DNA of 64,000 nucleotides from Gemmatimonadales bacterium (GTDB taxonomy: Bacteria; Gemmatimonadota; Gemmatimonadetes; Gemmatimonadales; GWC2-71-9), in the NCBI GenBank assembly GCA_035712285.1, contig DASTBA010000101.1, positions 3,686 through 67,685 of the forward strand. Reading direction: 5' to 3'. The notes under the pieces were generated by a model. It worked only from the letters and a program-made list of their open reading frames with translations, was not told where the DNA came from and made no database searches. Within the stretch, counting starts at the first letter, position 1. The number at the start of each line of letters is the position of its first letter. The translations under genes were made by a program, and so were the position numbers. Below, piece after piece: positions 49,220 through 58,985 of this stretch.

Positions 49220-49711
49220 ATGCGGGAGCTCACGGTCGCACACCTGGGCATGGACCGGAACACCGAAAGCCCGGTGGTGATCCTGCGTGAGCGGGAAGGA
49301 TCCCGGGTGCTCCCGATCTGGATCGGGCCGGCCGAGGCCAGCGCCATCGCCATGGAGCTGCAGGGGGTGAAGGCCGCGCGCCCGATGACCCACGATCTCC
49401 TCAAGCAGGTGATCGTCGGCCTGGGGGGCGAACTCCGGCGGGTGCTCATCAGTGCCGTCAAGGAGAACACCTACTTCGCCGAATTGCTCATCCAGCGGGA
49501 AGACCACGTCTTCCAGGTGGATGCCCGCCCCAGCGACAGCATCGCGCTCGCGCTGCGCCTCGGCGCCCCCATCTTCGCCAGCGACCAGCTGCTCGACGAA
49601 AGCGGGGTCACCGCGGACGAGAGTCCCGACCAGGCCGACCGTGACGCCCAGCGGCTCCGCGAATACCTCGAGAACCTCGATCCGGAAGACTTCGGAAAGT
49701 TCAAGCCGTAG
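49220..49711 (+). CDS. bifunctional nuclease (BFN/DUF151) family protein
   Basis: 163 aa. PVVILREREGSRVLPIWIGPAEASAI...ARPMTHDLL core, with an acidic C-terminal tail. Confidence 0.75.
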   Translation: MRELTVAHLGMDRNTESPVVILREREGSRVLPIWIGPAEASAIAMELQGVKAARPMTHDLLKQVIVGLGGELRRVLISAVKENTYFAELLIQREDHVFQVDARPSDSIALALRLGAPIFASDQLLDESGVTADESPDQADRDAQRLREYLENLDPEDFGKFKP

Positions 49712-49712
49712 C

Positions 49713-50843
49713 ATGAAGGCCGTTCGTGGGGCGCTTGTGCTGCTGGCGGCTCTCGCCCCGGCGCTTCCCGCGCAGACATCCGGGGTACCGGCCCGCGGCC
49801 GGGTGGTGCACGGCACCGGTGCCGCCGCCCGGCCGGTGCCGGACACCCGCGTGGTGCTGCATCGCATCGGACGGGAGGCGCAGGGGCCGCTCGATTCGGC
49901 GCTCACCGATGCGGATGGACGCTTCGCCTTCCGCTTTCCCGCCGATACGGCCTCGCTCTACATCCTCACGGCCCGCTTCCAGGGCATCGAGTACTTCTCC
50001 GACCCGCTGCACACCAATCCGCGGACACCGGACACCGCCGTGGTCCTCACGGTGTACGACACCTCGACTACCGCGCCGGTGCACACCGAAGCCCGCCATA
50101 TCGTCATCTCGAAGCCGGGCGCCGACGGCACCCGCACGGTCGTCGAGCTCATCGTGATCGGGAACCCGGGGCAGGAGACCCGCGTCGCGCCGGACAGCAC
50201 GTCCGCCACCTGGCACGAGCTCATCCCGCGCGGGGCGATCGGCTTCTCCGCCGAGGACGGCGACCTCTCCGCGTCCGCGGTGGACCGCAACATGGACAGC
50301 GTGCTGGTGCTGGCGCCGCTCTCGCCCGGGCAGCGCCAGATCAGCATCCAGTACCAGCTGCCCGGTACGCTCGGCCTGGCGCGCTTTCCGTTCGAGGAAC
50401 GCATCAATGGCGTGAACGTGCTGGTGGAGGAGCCGGACGCACGCGTCAGCGGCGGTGGCCTGCGCCTCGGCGACTCGGTGACGGTCATCCAGGGCAGGCC
50501 GTTCCGCCGCTTCAGCGGCACCGTGAATGCCGGCGACGTCGTGGAAGTCCGGGTTCCGGTCCCGTTCCGGCTGTCGAGCCGCTGGCTCTATGCCCTTGTC
50601 GGCCTGCTGGGCGCGGCGCTGCTGCTCGCCCTCGGCCGCGTGCTCCGGGGTTCGCGTGCAGCGCCGGCGGAACCGGACGGGGAAATATCGGTGGACGCCT
50701 TGCTCGGGCGCCTCGCTGCCATGGACGAGCGGCTCGCCGGTCTCGCCGCCGACGCGCCGGAGCGGAGTGCGCTCCTGGCGGAACGGCAGCACGCCAAGGA
50801 TGCGCTTGCCGCCGCCCTTGCGCGGACCGGTCGCGGAGTCTAG
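49713..50843 (+). CDS. hypothetical secreted protein: carboxypeptidase-regulatory-like N-terminal domain and C-terminal TM anchor
   Basis: Signal peptide MKAVRGALVLLAALAPALPAQ. GRVVHG...DADGRFAFRF is a CarboxypepD_reg-like motif. TM helix WLYALVGLLGAALLLALG followed by a helical cytoplasmic tail. Confidence 0.5.
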   Translation: MKAVRGALVLLAALAPALPAQTSGVPARGRVVHGTGAAARPVPDTRVVLHRIGREAQGPLDSALTDADGRFAFRFPADTASLYILTARFQGIEYFSDPLHTNPRTPDTAVVLTVYDTSTTAPVHTEARHIVISKPGADGTRTVVELIVIGNPGQETRVAPDSTSATWHELIPRGAIGFSAEDGDLSASAVDRNMDSVLVLAPLSPGQRQISIQYQLPGTLGLARFPFEERINGVNVLVEEPDARVSGGGLRLGDSVTVIQGRPFRRFSGTVNAGDVVEVRVPVPFRLSSRWLYALVGLLGAALLLALGRVLRGSRAAPAEPDGEISVDALLGRLAAMDERLAGLAADAPERSALLAERQHAKDALAAALARTGRGV

Positions 50844-50865
50844 ACTAGCCGGCAGGACAATCGAA

Positions 50866-51012
50866 GCAGACGAACGCGGATGCTCGGAAGCCGGTGCAAG
50901 CCCGGCGCGGCCCCGCCACTGTAACGGGCAGTCAGTCTTCATCCACACGCCACTGGGCAACCGGGAAGGCGGATGGAGACGCCCGAAGCCAGGAGACCTC
51001 TCCGTTCGTGCC
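50866..51012 (+). promoter_or_regulatory. cobalamin (B12) riboswitch
   Basis: P1 is ACGAACG (50870-50876) pairing with CGTTCGT (51003-51009). Conserved core GGAAGCCGGTGCAAGCCCGGCGCGGCCCCGCCACTGTAA, then GCCACTGGGCAACCGGGAAGGC, and B12-box-like AGCCAGGAGACCT. Lies directly upstream of cobalamin-uptake-type genes. Confidence 0.85.
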
Positions 51013-51081
51013 ACCTGTCAGACCCTCGGGGGAGGGTCGGGTGGGCCGATCGGTATCGCGCGAGCTCGCGCGCCCATGTCT

Positions 51082-51115
51082 GCCCATTTCCGGCTCTCCG
51101 GGAATGGGCATTTTG
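51082..51115 (+). terminator. expression-platform hairpin (terminator/sequestrator) containing the btuF-like start codon
   Basis: 12-bp stem GCCCATTTCCGG / CCGGGAATGGGC with a CUCU loop, followed by ATTTTG. ATG 51104-51106 lies in the 3' arm. Confidence 0.5.
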
Positions 51116-52030
51116 CCGTCTGGAACTCCGCTTCGGTTGCTGGCTGCCGCGCTATTGCTGGCGTCCGTCGCGTGCGCTGGCAAGGACGCGAGACGCGAGA
51201 CACGGGACGCGCATCCCGCGTCCCTCGCCCCGCGTCCGGTCATTGACGACGCCGGCGACACCGTTCGCCTGGCGCATCCGGCCCGCCGCGTGGTTTCGCT
51301 CATTCCGGCCACCACCGAACTCCTCTTTGCGATCGGCGCCGGGCCGCTGGTGGTGGGTCGCACGGTCTGGTGCGACTATCCGCCCGCGGCCCAGGTCGTG
51401 CCCGTCGTGGGCGACGGCATCATGCCCAACGTCGAACGGGTGCTGGCGCAGCATCCGGATCTTGTCGTGCTCTATCGCTCCGGCCAGAACGCCCAGGCGG
51501 TGGTGCAGCTCCGGAAGCTCGGCGTCGCCGCCATGCAGGTGCGCACCGATCAGCTGAGTGACGTGCCCCGCGTGGCCCGGCTGCTCGGCCAGCTGACCGG
51601 CCGGAGTCGCGCGGCCGACTCGCTCTCCACGGCATTCACCGATTCCCTGGCGGCAGCGACCCAGCCGGCCCGGGCTCATCCGGTCCGCGCATTTCTGCTG
51701 GTCTGGCCCGACCCGCCGATGACCGTGGGCCGGGGCAGCTATCTCACCGAACTCCTGACGCGCGCCGGCGGCGAGAACGTGTACGAGGATCTCCCGGCAT
51801 CGTCGGGACAGATCAGCGTGGAATCGGCGGTGGACCGGAATCCCGATGTGGTCCTGGTGCTCGGTGATTCCGCGCCGGCCTTTGCCCGGCGCCCCGAGTG
51901 GCAGACGGTGCCGGCGGTGCGGCTCAGGCGATTCGTGTACGCTCGTGGCAGCCAGTTTGCGCAGCCGAGCCCGCGGTCACCGGCCGCCATCCGGGAACTC
52001 ACGGCGCTGCTCCGGCAGGTCCCGCGATGA
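51104..52030 (+). CDS. btuF: periplasmic cobalamin/siderophore-type ABC substrate-binding lipoprotein (BtuF-like)
   Basis: Lipobox LLLASVAC. Peripla_BP_2-like VVSLIPATTELLFAIG and PDLVV motifs. Downstream of the B12 riboswitch. Confidence 0.75.
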   Translation: MGILPSGTPLRLLAAALLLASVACAGKDARRETRDAHPASLAPRPVIDDAGDTVRLAHPARRVVSLIPATTELLFAIGAGPLVVGRTVWCDYPPAAQVVPVVGDGIMPNVERVLAQHPDLVVLYRSGQNAQAVVQLRKLGVAAMQVRTDQLSDVPRVARLLGQLTGRSRAADSLSTAFTDSLAAATQPARAHPVRAFLLVWPDPPMTVGRGSYLTELLTRAGGENVYEDLPASSGQISVESAVDRNPDVVLVLGDSAPAFARRPEWQTVPAVRLRRFVYARGSQFAQPSPRSPAAIRELTALLRQVPR

Positions 52031-53004
52031 ATACGTCGCGCTTTCTCCTGCTTGGCGGCATCGCCCTGCTGGTGATGATCGCCGGCCTCGCGATCGGATC
52101 GGTGCCGCTCGGTGCGCGTGAACTCGTCGCCGCGCTGGCTCGCCCGGACTCTCCCTCCGCCCTGATCGTGCGGGACCTGCGCCTGCCCCGCGTCCTGCTT
52201 GCCTTTCTGGTGGGTGGCGGGCTGGGCGTTGCGGGCGCGGCGCTGCAGGCCCTGGTCCGGAATCCGCTCGCCGACCCCTACCTCCTGGGCCTCTCCGGCG
52301 GCGCGGGACTCGGCGCGGTGCTGGCCATCGCGCTCGATACCGGCGCGGCGTGGGCCGTGCCGCTCGCGGCCTTTGCCGGTTCCCTGGCCGCGGTGGGGCT
52401 GGTCTATCGCCTGGCGGTGGTAAGCGGCCGGCGCCTCGATCCCCGGGTGCTGCTCCTGGCCGGTGTGGTGGTGGGCGCCTTTGCCTCCGCCATCATGAGC
52501 GCGATCATCGTGCTGTCGGACGCTCCCCAGCTTCGCAACGCCTTTGTCTGGCTGCTCGGCGGCCTGGGCATGGCGTCCTGGCAGTCACTCGCCCTCTTCG
52601 CGCTGTACGCCGTCGTGCCCCTCGCCGTGCTCTGGATCGTGGCGCGGCATCTCGACCTGCTGGCCCAGGGTGAGGAGACGGCCGCACATCTGGGTGCCAA
52701 TCCGGAGCGGGTCAAGCGCATCGTCTACATCGCCGCCTCCCTGCTCACCGCCGCAAGCGTCGCGACCTGCGGCATCATCGGCTTTGTCGGCCTGGTGATC
52801 CCGCACGCGGTGCGTCAGGCCTGGACGCCGCTGCATCGCGTCCTGCTGCCCGCGAGCTTCCTGCTCGGTGGAACCTTTCTTGTTCTGGCCGACGTGCTGG
52901 CGCGGTCGGTGCTCCGGCCCATCGAACTGCCGGTGGGGGTGGTGACGGCGCTGGTGGGCGTGCCGCTCTTCGCGCTGCTGCTCCGCCGGACGCTCACGCC
53001 ATGA
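52027..53004 (+). CDS. btuC: FecCD-family ABC permease (BtuC-like)
   Basis: 325 aa, about 9-10 TM helices, FecCD motifs (RLPRVLLAFLVGGGLGVAGAALQ; GFVGLVIPH). Confidence 0.8.
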   Translation: MNTSRFLLLGGIALLVMIAGLAIGSVPLGARELVAALARPDSPSALIVRDLRLPRVLLAFLVGGGLGVAGAALQALVRNPLADPYLLGLSGGAGLGAVLAIALDTGAAWAVPLAAFAGSLAAVGLVYRLAVVSGRRLDPRVLLLAGVVVGAFASAIMSAIIVLSDAPQLRNAFVWLLGGLGMASWQSLALFALYAVVPLAVLWIVARHLDLLAQGEETAAHLGANPERVKRIVYIAASLLTAASVATCGIIGFVGLVIPHAVRQAWTPLHRVLLPASFLLGGTFLVLADVLARSVLRPIELPVGVVTALVGVPLFALLLRRTLTP

Positions 53005-53810
53005 TCCGCGCCCGCAGCCTCACCGTGCGCCACCCGGGCGCCGCCCGTGCGGCGGTGCAGGACGTGTCGCTGGATGTCGCGAGGGGCGAGGTCGTCGCCA
53101 TCGGCGGCCCGAACGGCAGCGGGAAGACGACGCTGCTGCGCGCGCTGCTCGGCCTGATGCCGGTGGAGCAGGGCGACGTCGAACTGGCCGGCCGTCCGGT
53201 GCGCACGTGGACACGGGCCGGGCTCGCCCGTGAGGTGGCGGTGGTGGCACAGCGCGAGGAATCGGTCTTTCCGCTTCGCGTGCGCGAAGCGGTGATGCTG
53301 GGCCGGTATCCGCACCTGGGCCCGCTGCAGGCGGAAGGCCCGGCGGACCGCGGCGCGGTTCAGCGCGCCCTGGATCGTTGCGACATCGCTGACCTCGCCG
53401 AGCGTCGTGTGGACCAGCTGTCCGGCGGCGAATGGCAGCGGGTGCGCCTTGCCCGCGCGCTGGCCCAGGAGCCGAAGGCGCTGGTCCTGGACGAGCCCAC
53501 CACGTCGCTCGACGTGCGCCACGAGATGGAGCTCTTCGAGCTGGTCGCCGAGCTCGCACGCGACGGACTGGCGGCGCTGGTCGTCACCCACGGTCTCAAT
53601 CTCGCCGCCCGCTTTGCGGACCGGATGCTGCTCATGGACCGCGGCAGGTCGGCGGCGTTCGGCGCCCCCGCGGACGTCCTGACGGAGCCGGTGCTGTCGC
53701 AGGTCTTCCGCTGGCCGGTCGCCGTCTTCCGCTGGCAGGGTGGCGCACCGCAGGTTGTCCCGCTCCGGCGCCATGAGGCGCCGCCTTCCGAGGAATCGAA
53801 CACGATATGA
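53001..53810 (+). CDS. btuD: ABC transporter ATP-binding protein (BtuD/FecE-like)
   Basis: Walker A GPNGSGKTT, signature LSGGEWQRV, Walker B LVLDEPT. Confidence 0.82.
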   Translation: MIRARSLTVRHPGAARAAVQDVSLDVARGEVVAIGGPNGSGKTTLLRALLGLMPVEQGDVELAGRPVRTWTRAGLAREVAVVAQREESVFPLRVREAVMLGRYPHLGPLQAEGPADRGAVQRALDRCDIADLAERRVDQLSGGEWQRVRLARALAQEPKALVLDEPTTSLDVRHEMELFELVAELARDGLAALVVTHGLNLAARFADRMLLMDRGRSAAFGAPADVLTEPVLSQVFRWPVAVFRWQGGAPQVVPLRRHEAPPSEESNTI

Positions 53811-55783
53811 CCCACCGTACCCTCGCCCTGGCCGCCCTCGCCCTGTCAGCCGGCACCCCGGCCATCCTGGCGGCGCAGCAGGACTCGGGCGTCACCACGC
53901 TGCCCGACATCGTCGTCTCCGAGGCACGGCTTCCGGTGCCGGCCCATGCGGTCACCAGCGACATCACGGTGTTGTCCGGCGATGAGCTGCGGACCCGCGG
54001 CATCACGCTGCTGCAGGACGCCCTCCGGGAGGTGCCGGGGCTCAACGTGGTGCAGGGAGGATCCTTCGGCGCCGTGAGCTCGGTGTTCGCCCGCGGCGGG
54101 GAAAGCGATTACGTCAAGGTCCTGGTGGACGGTGTGCCGGTCAACGATCCGGGTGGCGCGTTCGATTTCTCGTCCCTCACGCTGGATGACGTCGAGCGGA
54201 TCGAGATCGTGCGCGGGCCGGCGAGCGTCACGTACGGCTCCGACGCCGTGACCGGCGTCGTGCGCATCGTGACGCGCACGGGACGCGGGCCCACGCGGGC
54301 GGACGCCATCGCCCGCGCCGGAACCTTCGGGACCTGGGACGGATCCGCCACCGCGTCGGGAAGTGCAGGGCGGCTCGGGTGGTCGGTCGGCGGGTCGGGC
54401 CTCGGCACCGACGGCACCTACGCATTCAACAATGCGTTCCGCAATGCCGGGACCACCATCAAGCTGACCGCGCGGCCCGACAGCGCAACTGATATTGCGC
54501 TGAGCGGACGCTACGGATGGAATACGTTCCATTTTCCCACCGATGGTGCCGGCGTGCCGTCGGACAGCAATCAGTTCTCCCAGGGGCGGAACCTCGCCAT
54601 CGGCCTCGACGGCGGCCGGATGCTGACGCCCCATCTGGAGCTCCGGTTCGCGGGCGGTTATGCCCGGTCCCGTGCGCGGTTCACCGACCGGCCCGATGGC
54701 GCGTGGGATACCACCGGTTTCGCCTTCGCCTCCGATCGTGACGCACACAATGCCCGGTGGAATCTCGATGGCCGGGCCGTCATCCGGCCGGCCAGCCGTG
54801 TTGTGGTGTCGGTAGGCACGCAGTTCGAGCGCCAGCTCGTCCGCACCAGCGCGTCGTACACCTCGAATTTCGGCGGAGGCGCGGCGACCGATTCCGATCC
54901 GCGGTTCGATCGCTCCCGCAACGTGGTCGCGGGCTACGCCGAGGCCCGGGCCGACCTGACACCGCGCCTGATCGTGACCGGGGGCACCCGCGTGGATGAC
55001 GACCAGGCGTTCGGCACCTTCGCCACCTGGCGCGTCGGATTCAGATACCGGTTTCCGGTGGGGTTGTCCGTCCGGGGTTCGGCCGGCACCGGATTCAAGG
55101 CGCCGACCTTCAGCGAGAACTTCGCCAACTCGCCATTCGAGACGGGGAACCCCGACCTGCGGCCGGAGCGCTCGCGCAGCTGGGAGGTGGGAGTGGAGCA
55201 GACTCTCGCCAGTGGAAGGGTAACGGCGGGCGCTACCTGGTTCGACCAGCGGTTCCGGAACCTGATCCAGTATGTCTCGGGCGCTCCTGGTGAGCCGACC
55301 TACCAGAACCTGGGCGCGGCCCTCGCCCGCGGCATCGAGGGGACGGTGAGTGTTCAGCCGCTCCGCACCGTGAGCGCCGGGGTAGCCTGGACCTGGCTGG
55401 ATACCAGGGTGACCGACGCGGGCGCCAGCACATCACCGGGGTTTGCCGATGGCGAGCGCCTCATCCGGCGGCCGGCCGGGGCCGGCCGTGCCTGGGCGGA
55501 GATCTCGCCGGTGCCCGCGGTGCATCTCTCCCTTGCCGTGAGCCACACCGGCAGCCGCGACGATGTGGACTTCGGGAGCTTCCCGTCCGAGCGGGTCACC
55601 CTGCCGGCCTACACGCTGGTCTCGGCGTCGCTGGATGCGGAGCTGGTGCACGCCGATGGCGCCCGTCCCGGTGTGGCACTGGTGGCGCGCGCCGAGAACA
55701 TCTTCGACGAGGATTATCAGACCATCGCGGGCTTTCCCGGGATCGGTCGGCGGCTTCTCGCCGGGGTGCGGCTGTCGTGGTGA
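53807..55783 (+). CDS. btuB: TonB-dependent outer-membrane receptor (BtuB-like)
   Basis: Signal peptide, TonB-box-like TTLPDIVVSE, plug domain (VVQGGSFGAVSSVFARGG), a 22-strand-type barrel, and a C-terminal ...GVRLSW. Confidence 0.8.
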   Translation: MTHRTLALAALALSAGTPAILAAQQDSGVTTLPDIVVSEARLPVPAHAVTSDITVLSGDELRTRGITLLQDALREVPGLNVVQGGSFGAVSSVFARGGESDYVKVLVDGVPVNDPGGAFDFSSLTLDDVERIEIVRGPASVTYGSDAVTGVVRIVTRTGRGPTRADAIARAGTFGTWDGSATASGSAGRLGWSVGGSGLGTDGTYAFNNAFRNAGTTIKLTARPDSATDIALSGRYGWNTFHFPTDGAGVPSDSNQFSQGRNLAIGLDGGRMLTPHLELRFAGGYARSRARFTDRPDGAWDTTGFAFASDRDAHNARWNLDGRAVIRPASRVVVSVGTQFERQLVRTSASYTSNFGGGAATDSDPRFDRSRNVVAGYAEARADLTPRLIVTGGTRVDDDQAFGTFATWRVGFRYRFPVGLSVRGSAGTGFKAPTFSENFANSPFETGNPDLRPERSRSWEVGVEQTLASGRVTAGATWFDQRFRNLIQYVSGAPGEPTYQNLGAALARGIEGTVSVQPLRTVSAGVAWTWLDTRVTDAGASTSPGFADGERLIRRPAGAGRAWAEISPVPAVHLSLAVSHTGSRDDVDFGSFPSERVTLPAYTLVSASLDAELVHADGARPGVALVARAENIFDEDYQTIAGFPGIGRRLLAGVRLSW

Positions 55784-55821
55784 CCGGGCGGTAGCCGGGC
55801 GAGCATTCGCTTAGGTTTGGG

Positions 55822-56583
55822 GTGATGGTTGTCATCACCCCGGCGCTCATTCTCTCCACGCTCCGCTACAGCGAGAGCTCCAAGATCGTGCGCCTGGCGA
55901 CCCGGGATCACGGTGTCCAGAGTGCGATCGCCAAGGGCGCCCTCCGGCCGAAGAGCCGGTTCGGGGCGTCGCTGCAGCTCCTCAGCGAGGGCACGGCGCA
56001 CCTGGTGCTGCATTCGCACCGGGAACTGCAGTTGCTGACGGCCTTCGACGTCGGACGGGTGCACGTCGGCCTCGCCGCCAGTCTGCCGGGCTATGCCGCC
56101 GCATCCGCCATGGGCGAGGTGATGCTGCGGTTTGCCCCGCCCGACCCCGATCCCGACTCCTACGATATCCTTGCCGCCTCGGTCCTGGCGCTCGAGCAGG
56201 CCCCCGCCGGCCAGGTGGAAGTCCTCGGCATCCGGCTCCTCTGGCTGCTCGTGTCGGCGCTGGGATTCGCCCCGGCGCTGGACGAATGCGTGCTGGACGG
56301 TGCACCGGTTTCCGGATCGGGCGCCCTGCCGTTCAGTACCCGCGAGGGCGGGGCGCTCTGTGCCGCGTGTGCCGCCAGGGCCCCGGCATCCCGGCTTCCG
56401 GCCGACGCGAGGCGAAACCTGGCGGCGCTGCTGGATTCCGATGAACCACTCCCGGCGCTCGATGCGCGGAACCTCGCCGCCCACCGCCGCCTGCTCTCCC
56501 GCTTCATTCGCTATCACCTGGGCGATGGCGCCGAACTGCCGGCGCTGGCGTTCTGGGAACAGCGGGCGCTCGCCATCTCATGA
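55822..56583 (+). CDS. recO: DNA repair protein RecO
   Basis: 253 aa. N-terminal OB region ([18 protein letters not shown]) and a C-terminal Cys-containing zinc-finger-like region (CVLDG...CAAC). Confidence 0.85.
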   Translation: MMVVITPALILSTLRYSESSKIVRLATRDHGVQSAIAKGALRPKSRFGASLQLLSEGTAHLVLHSHRELQLLTAFDVGRVHVGLAASLPGYAAASAMGEVMLRFAPPDPDPDSYDILAASVLALEQAPAGQVEVLGIRLLWLLVSALGFAPALDECVLDGAPVSGSGALPFSTREGGALCAACAARAPASRLPADARRNLAALLDSDEPLPALDARNLAAHRRLLSRFIRYHLGDGAELPALAFWEQRALAIS

Positions 56584-58442
56584 TCATCGGCACCGCCGGG
56601 CATGTGGACCACGGGAAATCGGCGCTGGTGGCGGCGCTGACCGGTGCGCGCATGGACCGCCTGCTGGAAGAACAGCGGCGCGGCATCACGATCACGCTCA
56701 ACTATGCCCCGCTCACTCTTCCGGACGGCCAGGTGGCCGGCGTCGTGGATGTGCCCGGGCACGAGGATCTGGTCCGCACCATGGTGGCGGGTGCCAGCGG
56801 CATTGACGTGGCCCTCCTGGTGGTGGCGCTGGACGAGGGATGGATGCCCCAGACCGAGGAGCATCTCCTGGTCCTGGAGCAGCTGGGCGTGCGGCGCGGC
56901 GTGGCCGCGCTCACCAAGGCGGATCTCGTGGAGAACGACTGGCTGGAGCTGGTACGAAGCGAGATCACGGGTCGGCTCGCTCGATCCCGGGTGGCATTCG
57001 GCGACCCGGTTGTGACGAGCATCATGGACGGCCGCGGGCTCGCCGAGGTGAGCCGCCGCCTCCTGGAGGCGATCGAACATTCGGAACCTCGCGATCCGGA
57101 TGATCTCTTCCGCCTCCCCGTGGACCGCAGCTTCTCCGTGGCCGGCACCGGCACCGTGATCACCGGCAGCAGCTGGTCCGGCAGCATTGCCATCGGCGAT
57201 CAGGTCCAGGCACTGCCTGACGGTCCGGTGGCGCGCGTACGGACGATCGAGGAATTCGGGCATCGGCGCGACCGGTCCACGCCCGGGGCCCGCGTGGCCG
57301 TCGGGCTTGCCGGTGTCTCGGCGGAAACAGTGGCCCGTGGTGCCATGCTGGTCCGCTCCGGGGATGGATGGGCACCGTCACGGCTGCTGGATGTGCGGGT
57401 GACTCTGGGCGCCGGTACCGCGCCGCTTCGGCGGCGGACGCGGGTGGATGTCATGCATGGAACACGGCATGTCGGCGGCTGGATCTCGCCGCAGGGAGTC
57501 ATCGGCCCCGATGAGCCAGGGCTCGCGCGACTGTCACTGGATCATCCGGTGACCGCGCGCGGACGGGACCGGTTCATCCTGCGCCAGCCGAGCCCGGCGC
57601 GCACCATCGGCGGCGGGGAAGTGCTGGACCCGATGCCTGGGCGACGCGACCAGAAGCTTCCCGCCGCATGGCCCGATGATCGGGCGCGGCTCGAGTCGCT
57701 GGCATCTCGGCGGCCGGACGGCGTGCCCGGTGCAGCCATCCCGATCCTGACGGGTTCCTCACCGCAGGTGTCGGCCGCGCTGCTCGAGGCGGCCCGGACT
57801 CTGCGGACCGTGGATGGCCACGTCGTGGCGCGCACCAGGATCAGGAGCGTGGCGGACACCTTGCGCCGCGTGACGCGGAAGTGGCACGGCGACCATCCCG
57901 AGCTGCCCGGCATCCCCTTCGAGACACTGCGCCAGGCTCATCGGTCCGCCTCATGGGTGGTCGAGGCGGCGCTCGGCGATCTGCTCGCGGCCGGGACCTT
58001 GATACGTCATGGTGCCACAGTCCGGACCGCGAACTTCCAGCCGCAGCTCGTGGACCAGCAGCTCGTGGACCGGCTGGTCGCCATTCTGCATGCGGGCGGG
58101 CTCACGCCGCCCGAAGGCGAGGCGCTGGCCCGCGCCGTGGCCGGCGCCGATCTTGACCGGCTGATCCGGCACGCCGTGAAGACCGGCCGGGTGGTTGAAG
58201 TGGCACCGGGCCGTTATTGCAGCCGTGACACCCTGGAGTCATTCGGCCGGCGTCTGGGGGAACTGCAGACTGGCAGCGGCCTGTCGGTGGGAGCGGTCAA
58301 GGATGCCACCGGGCTCTCCCGGAAGTACGTCGTGCCGCTGCTGGAGTGGTCGGACCGGGCAGGCATCACTATTCGCGAGGGTGACCTGCGCCACGTACGC
58401 CAGCCGCGCACTGCTGCGGCCGGCGGCACCGGCTCTGCTTGA
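56580..58442 (+). CDS. selB: selenocysteine-specific translation elongation factor SelB
   Basis: 620 aa. G-domain [23 protein letters not shown] and TKADL motifs. Long winged-helix C-terminus ending [27 protein letters not shown], the SECIS-binding WH4 signature. Confidence 0.88.
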   Translation: MIIGTAGHVDHGKSALVAALTGARMDRLLEEQRRGITITLNYAPLTLPDGQVAGVVDVPGHEDLVRTMVAGASGIDVALLVVALDEGWMPQTEEHLLVLEQLGVRRGVAALTKADLVENDWLELVRSEITGRLARSRVAFGDPVVTSIMDGRGLAEVSRRLLEAIEHSEPRDPDDLFRLPVDRSFSVAGTGTVITGSSWSGSIAIGDQVQALPDGPVARVRTIEEFGHRRDRSTPGARVAVGLAGVSAETVARGAMLVRSGDGWAPSRLLDVRVTLGAGTAPLRRRTRVDVMHGTRHVGGWISPQGVIGPDEPGLARLSLDHPVTARGRDRFILRQPSPARTIGGGEVLDPMPGRRDQKLPAAWPDDRARLESLASRRPDGVPGAAIPILTGSSPQVSAALLEAARTLRTVDGHVVARTRIRSVADTLRRVTRKWHGDHPELPGIPFETLRQAHRSASWVVEAALGDLLAAGTLIRHGATVRTANFQPQLVDQQLVDRLVAILHAGGLTPPEGEALARAVAGADLDRLIRHAVKTGRVVEVAPGRYCSRDTLESFGRRLGELQTGSGLSVGAVKDATGLSRKYVVPLLEWSDRAGITIREGDLRHVRQPRTAAAGGTGSA

Positions 58443-58468
58443 CATGGCTTTCGCGCATGCCGCATCTT
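58439..58468 (+). promoter_or_regulatory. candidate sigma-70-type promoter for the downstream small secreted-protein gene
   Basis: TTGACA (58439-58444, overlapping the selB stop), an 18-nt spacer, then CATCTT. About 70 nt upstream of ATG 58542. Confidence 0.3.
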
Positions 58469-58541
58469 CCCTGCGTCAGCGCGTGTCCACCTGTATTCCG
58501 GAGGTACCGAGAGGCCCACACCCAGTCAGAGAGGAACCCCA

Positions 58542-58982
58542 ATGGTCCGCTTCGCGTGGCCGGGGTGGTGGCTTGGGCTGGCTCTGGGGGTCGTGTCTCC
58601 GGTTGCCGCGCAGCAGGGCAAGGACCCGCTCCCGAGCGTCGAGCTCAAGGAGAACTACCCCAATCCGTTCTTCCCGTCCACGACGATTCCCTTCGTGATT
58701 CACGAGGAGGTGTGCAGGGACGGCCACCGGCCGGTGGTGACGCTGAAGATCTTCAATGTGCTGGCCCAGGAGGTGGCTACGGCCACCTTGGCGCATGACT
58801 CAACCGCGGTTCTCGACCGGCGCCCGCTCGACTGCGGTGCCTTCGAGGCCTACTGGGACGGACGCTTCAGCGATGGCCGCCGGGAAATTGCGCCCGGTGT
58901 CTTCTGGTACGGACTCACGGTGGATGGGACGCGCCATGTCCGCAGCATGATCGCGGCTCGGCGCATCACCAGCGAACGGTAG
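58542..58982 (+). CDS. small secreted protein consisting of a signal peptide plus one FlgD-Ig-like / T9SS-C-terminal-tail-like domain
   Basis: 146 aa. Signal peptide ...VSPVAAQQ, then ENYPNPFFPSTTIPFVI...VTLKIFNVLAQEV...AYWDGRFSDGRREIAPGVFWYGL, the characteristic NYPNPF-N/P-xxT motif set. Confidence 0.7.
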   Translation: MVRFAWPGWWLGLALGVVSPVAAQQGKDPLPSVELKENYPNPFFPSTTIPFVIHEEVCRDGHRPVVTLKIFNVLAQEVATATLAHDSTAVLDRRPLDCGAFEAYWDGRFSDGRREIAPGVFWYGLTVDGTRHVRSMIAARRITSER

Positions 58983-58985
58983 GAC

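Noticed and set aside
58443-58541. tRNA-Sec (selC) or a SECIS-like element next to selB
   Set aside because: There is no tRNA-like T-arm (GGTTCGAATCC-type) or long-acceptor structure here or in 62216-62527. No adjacent ORF has an in-frame TGA followed by a hairpin.
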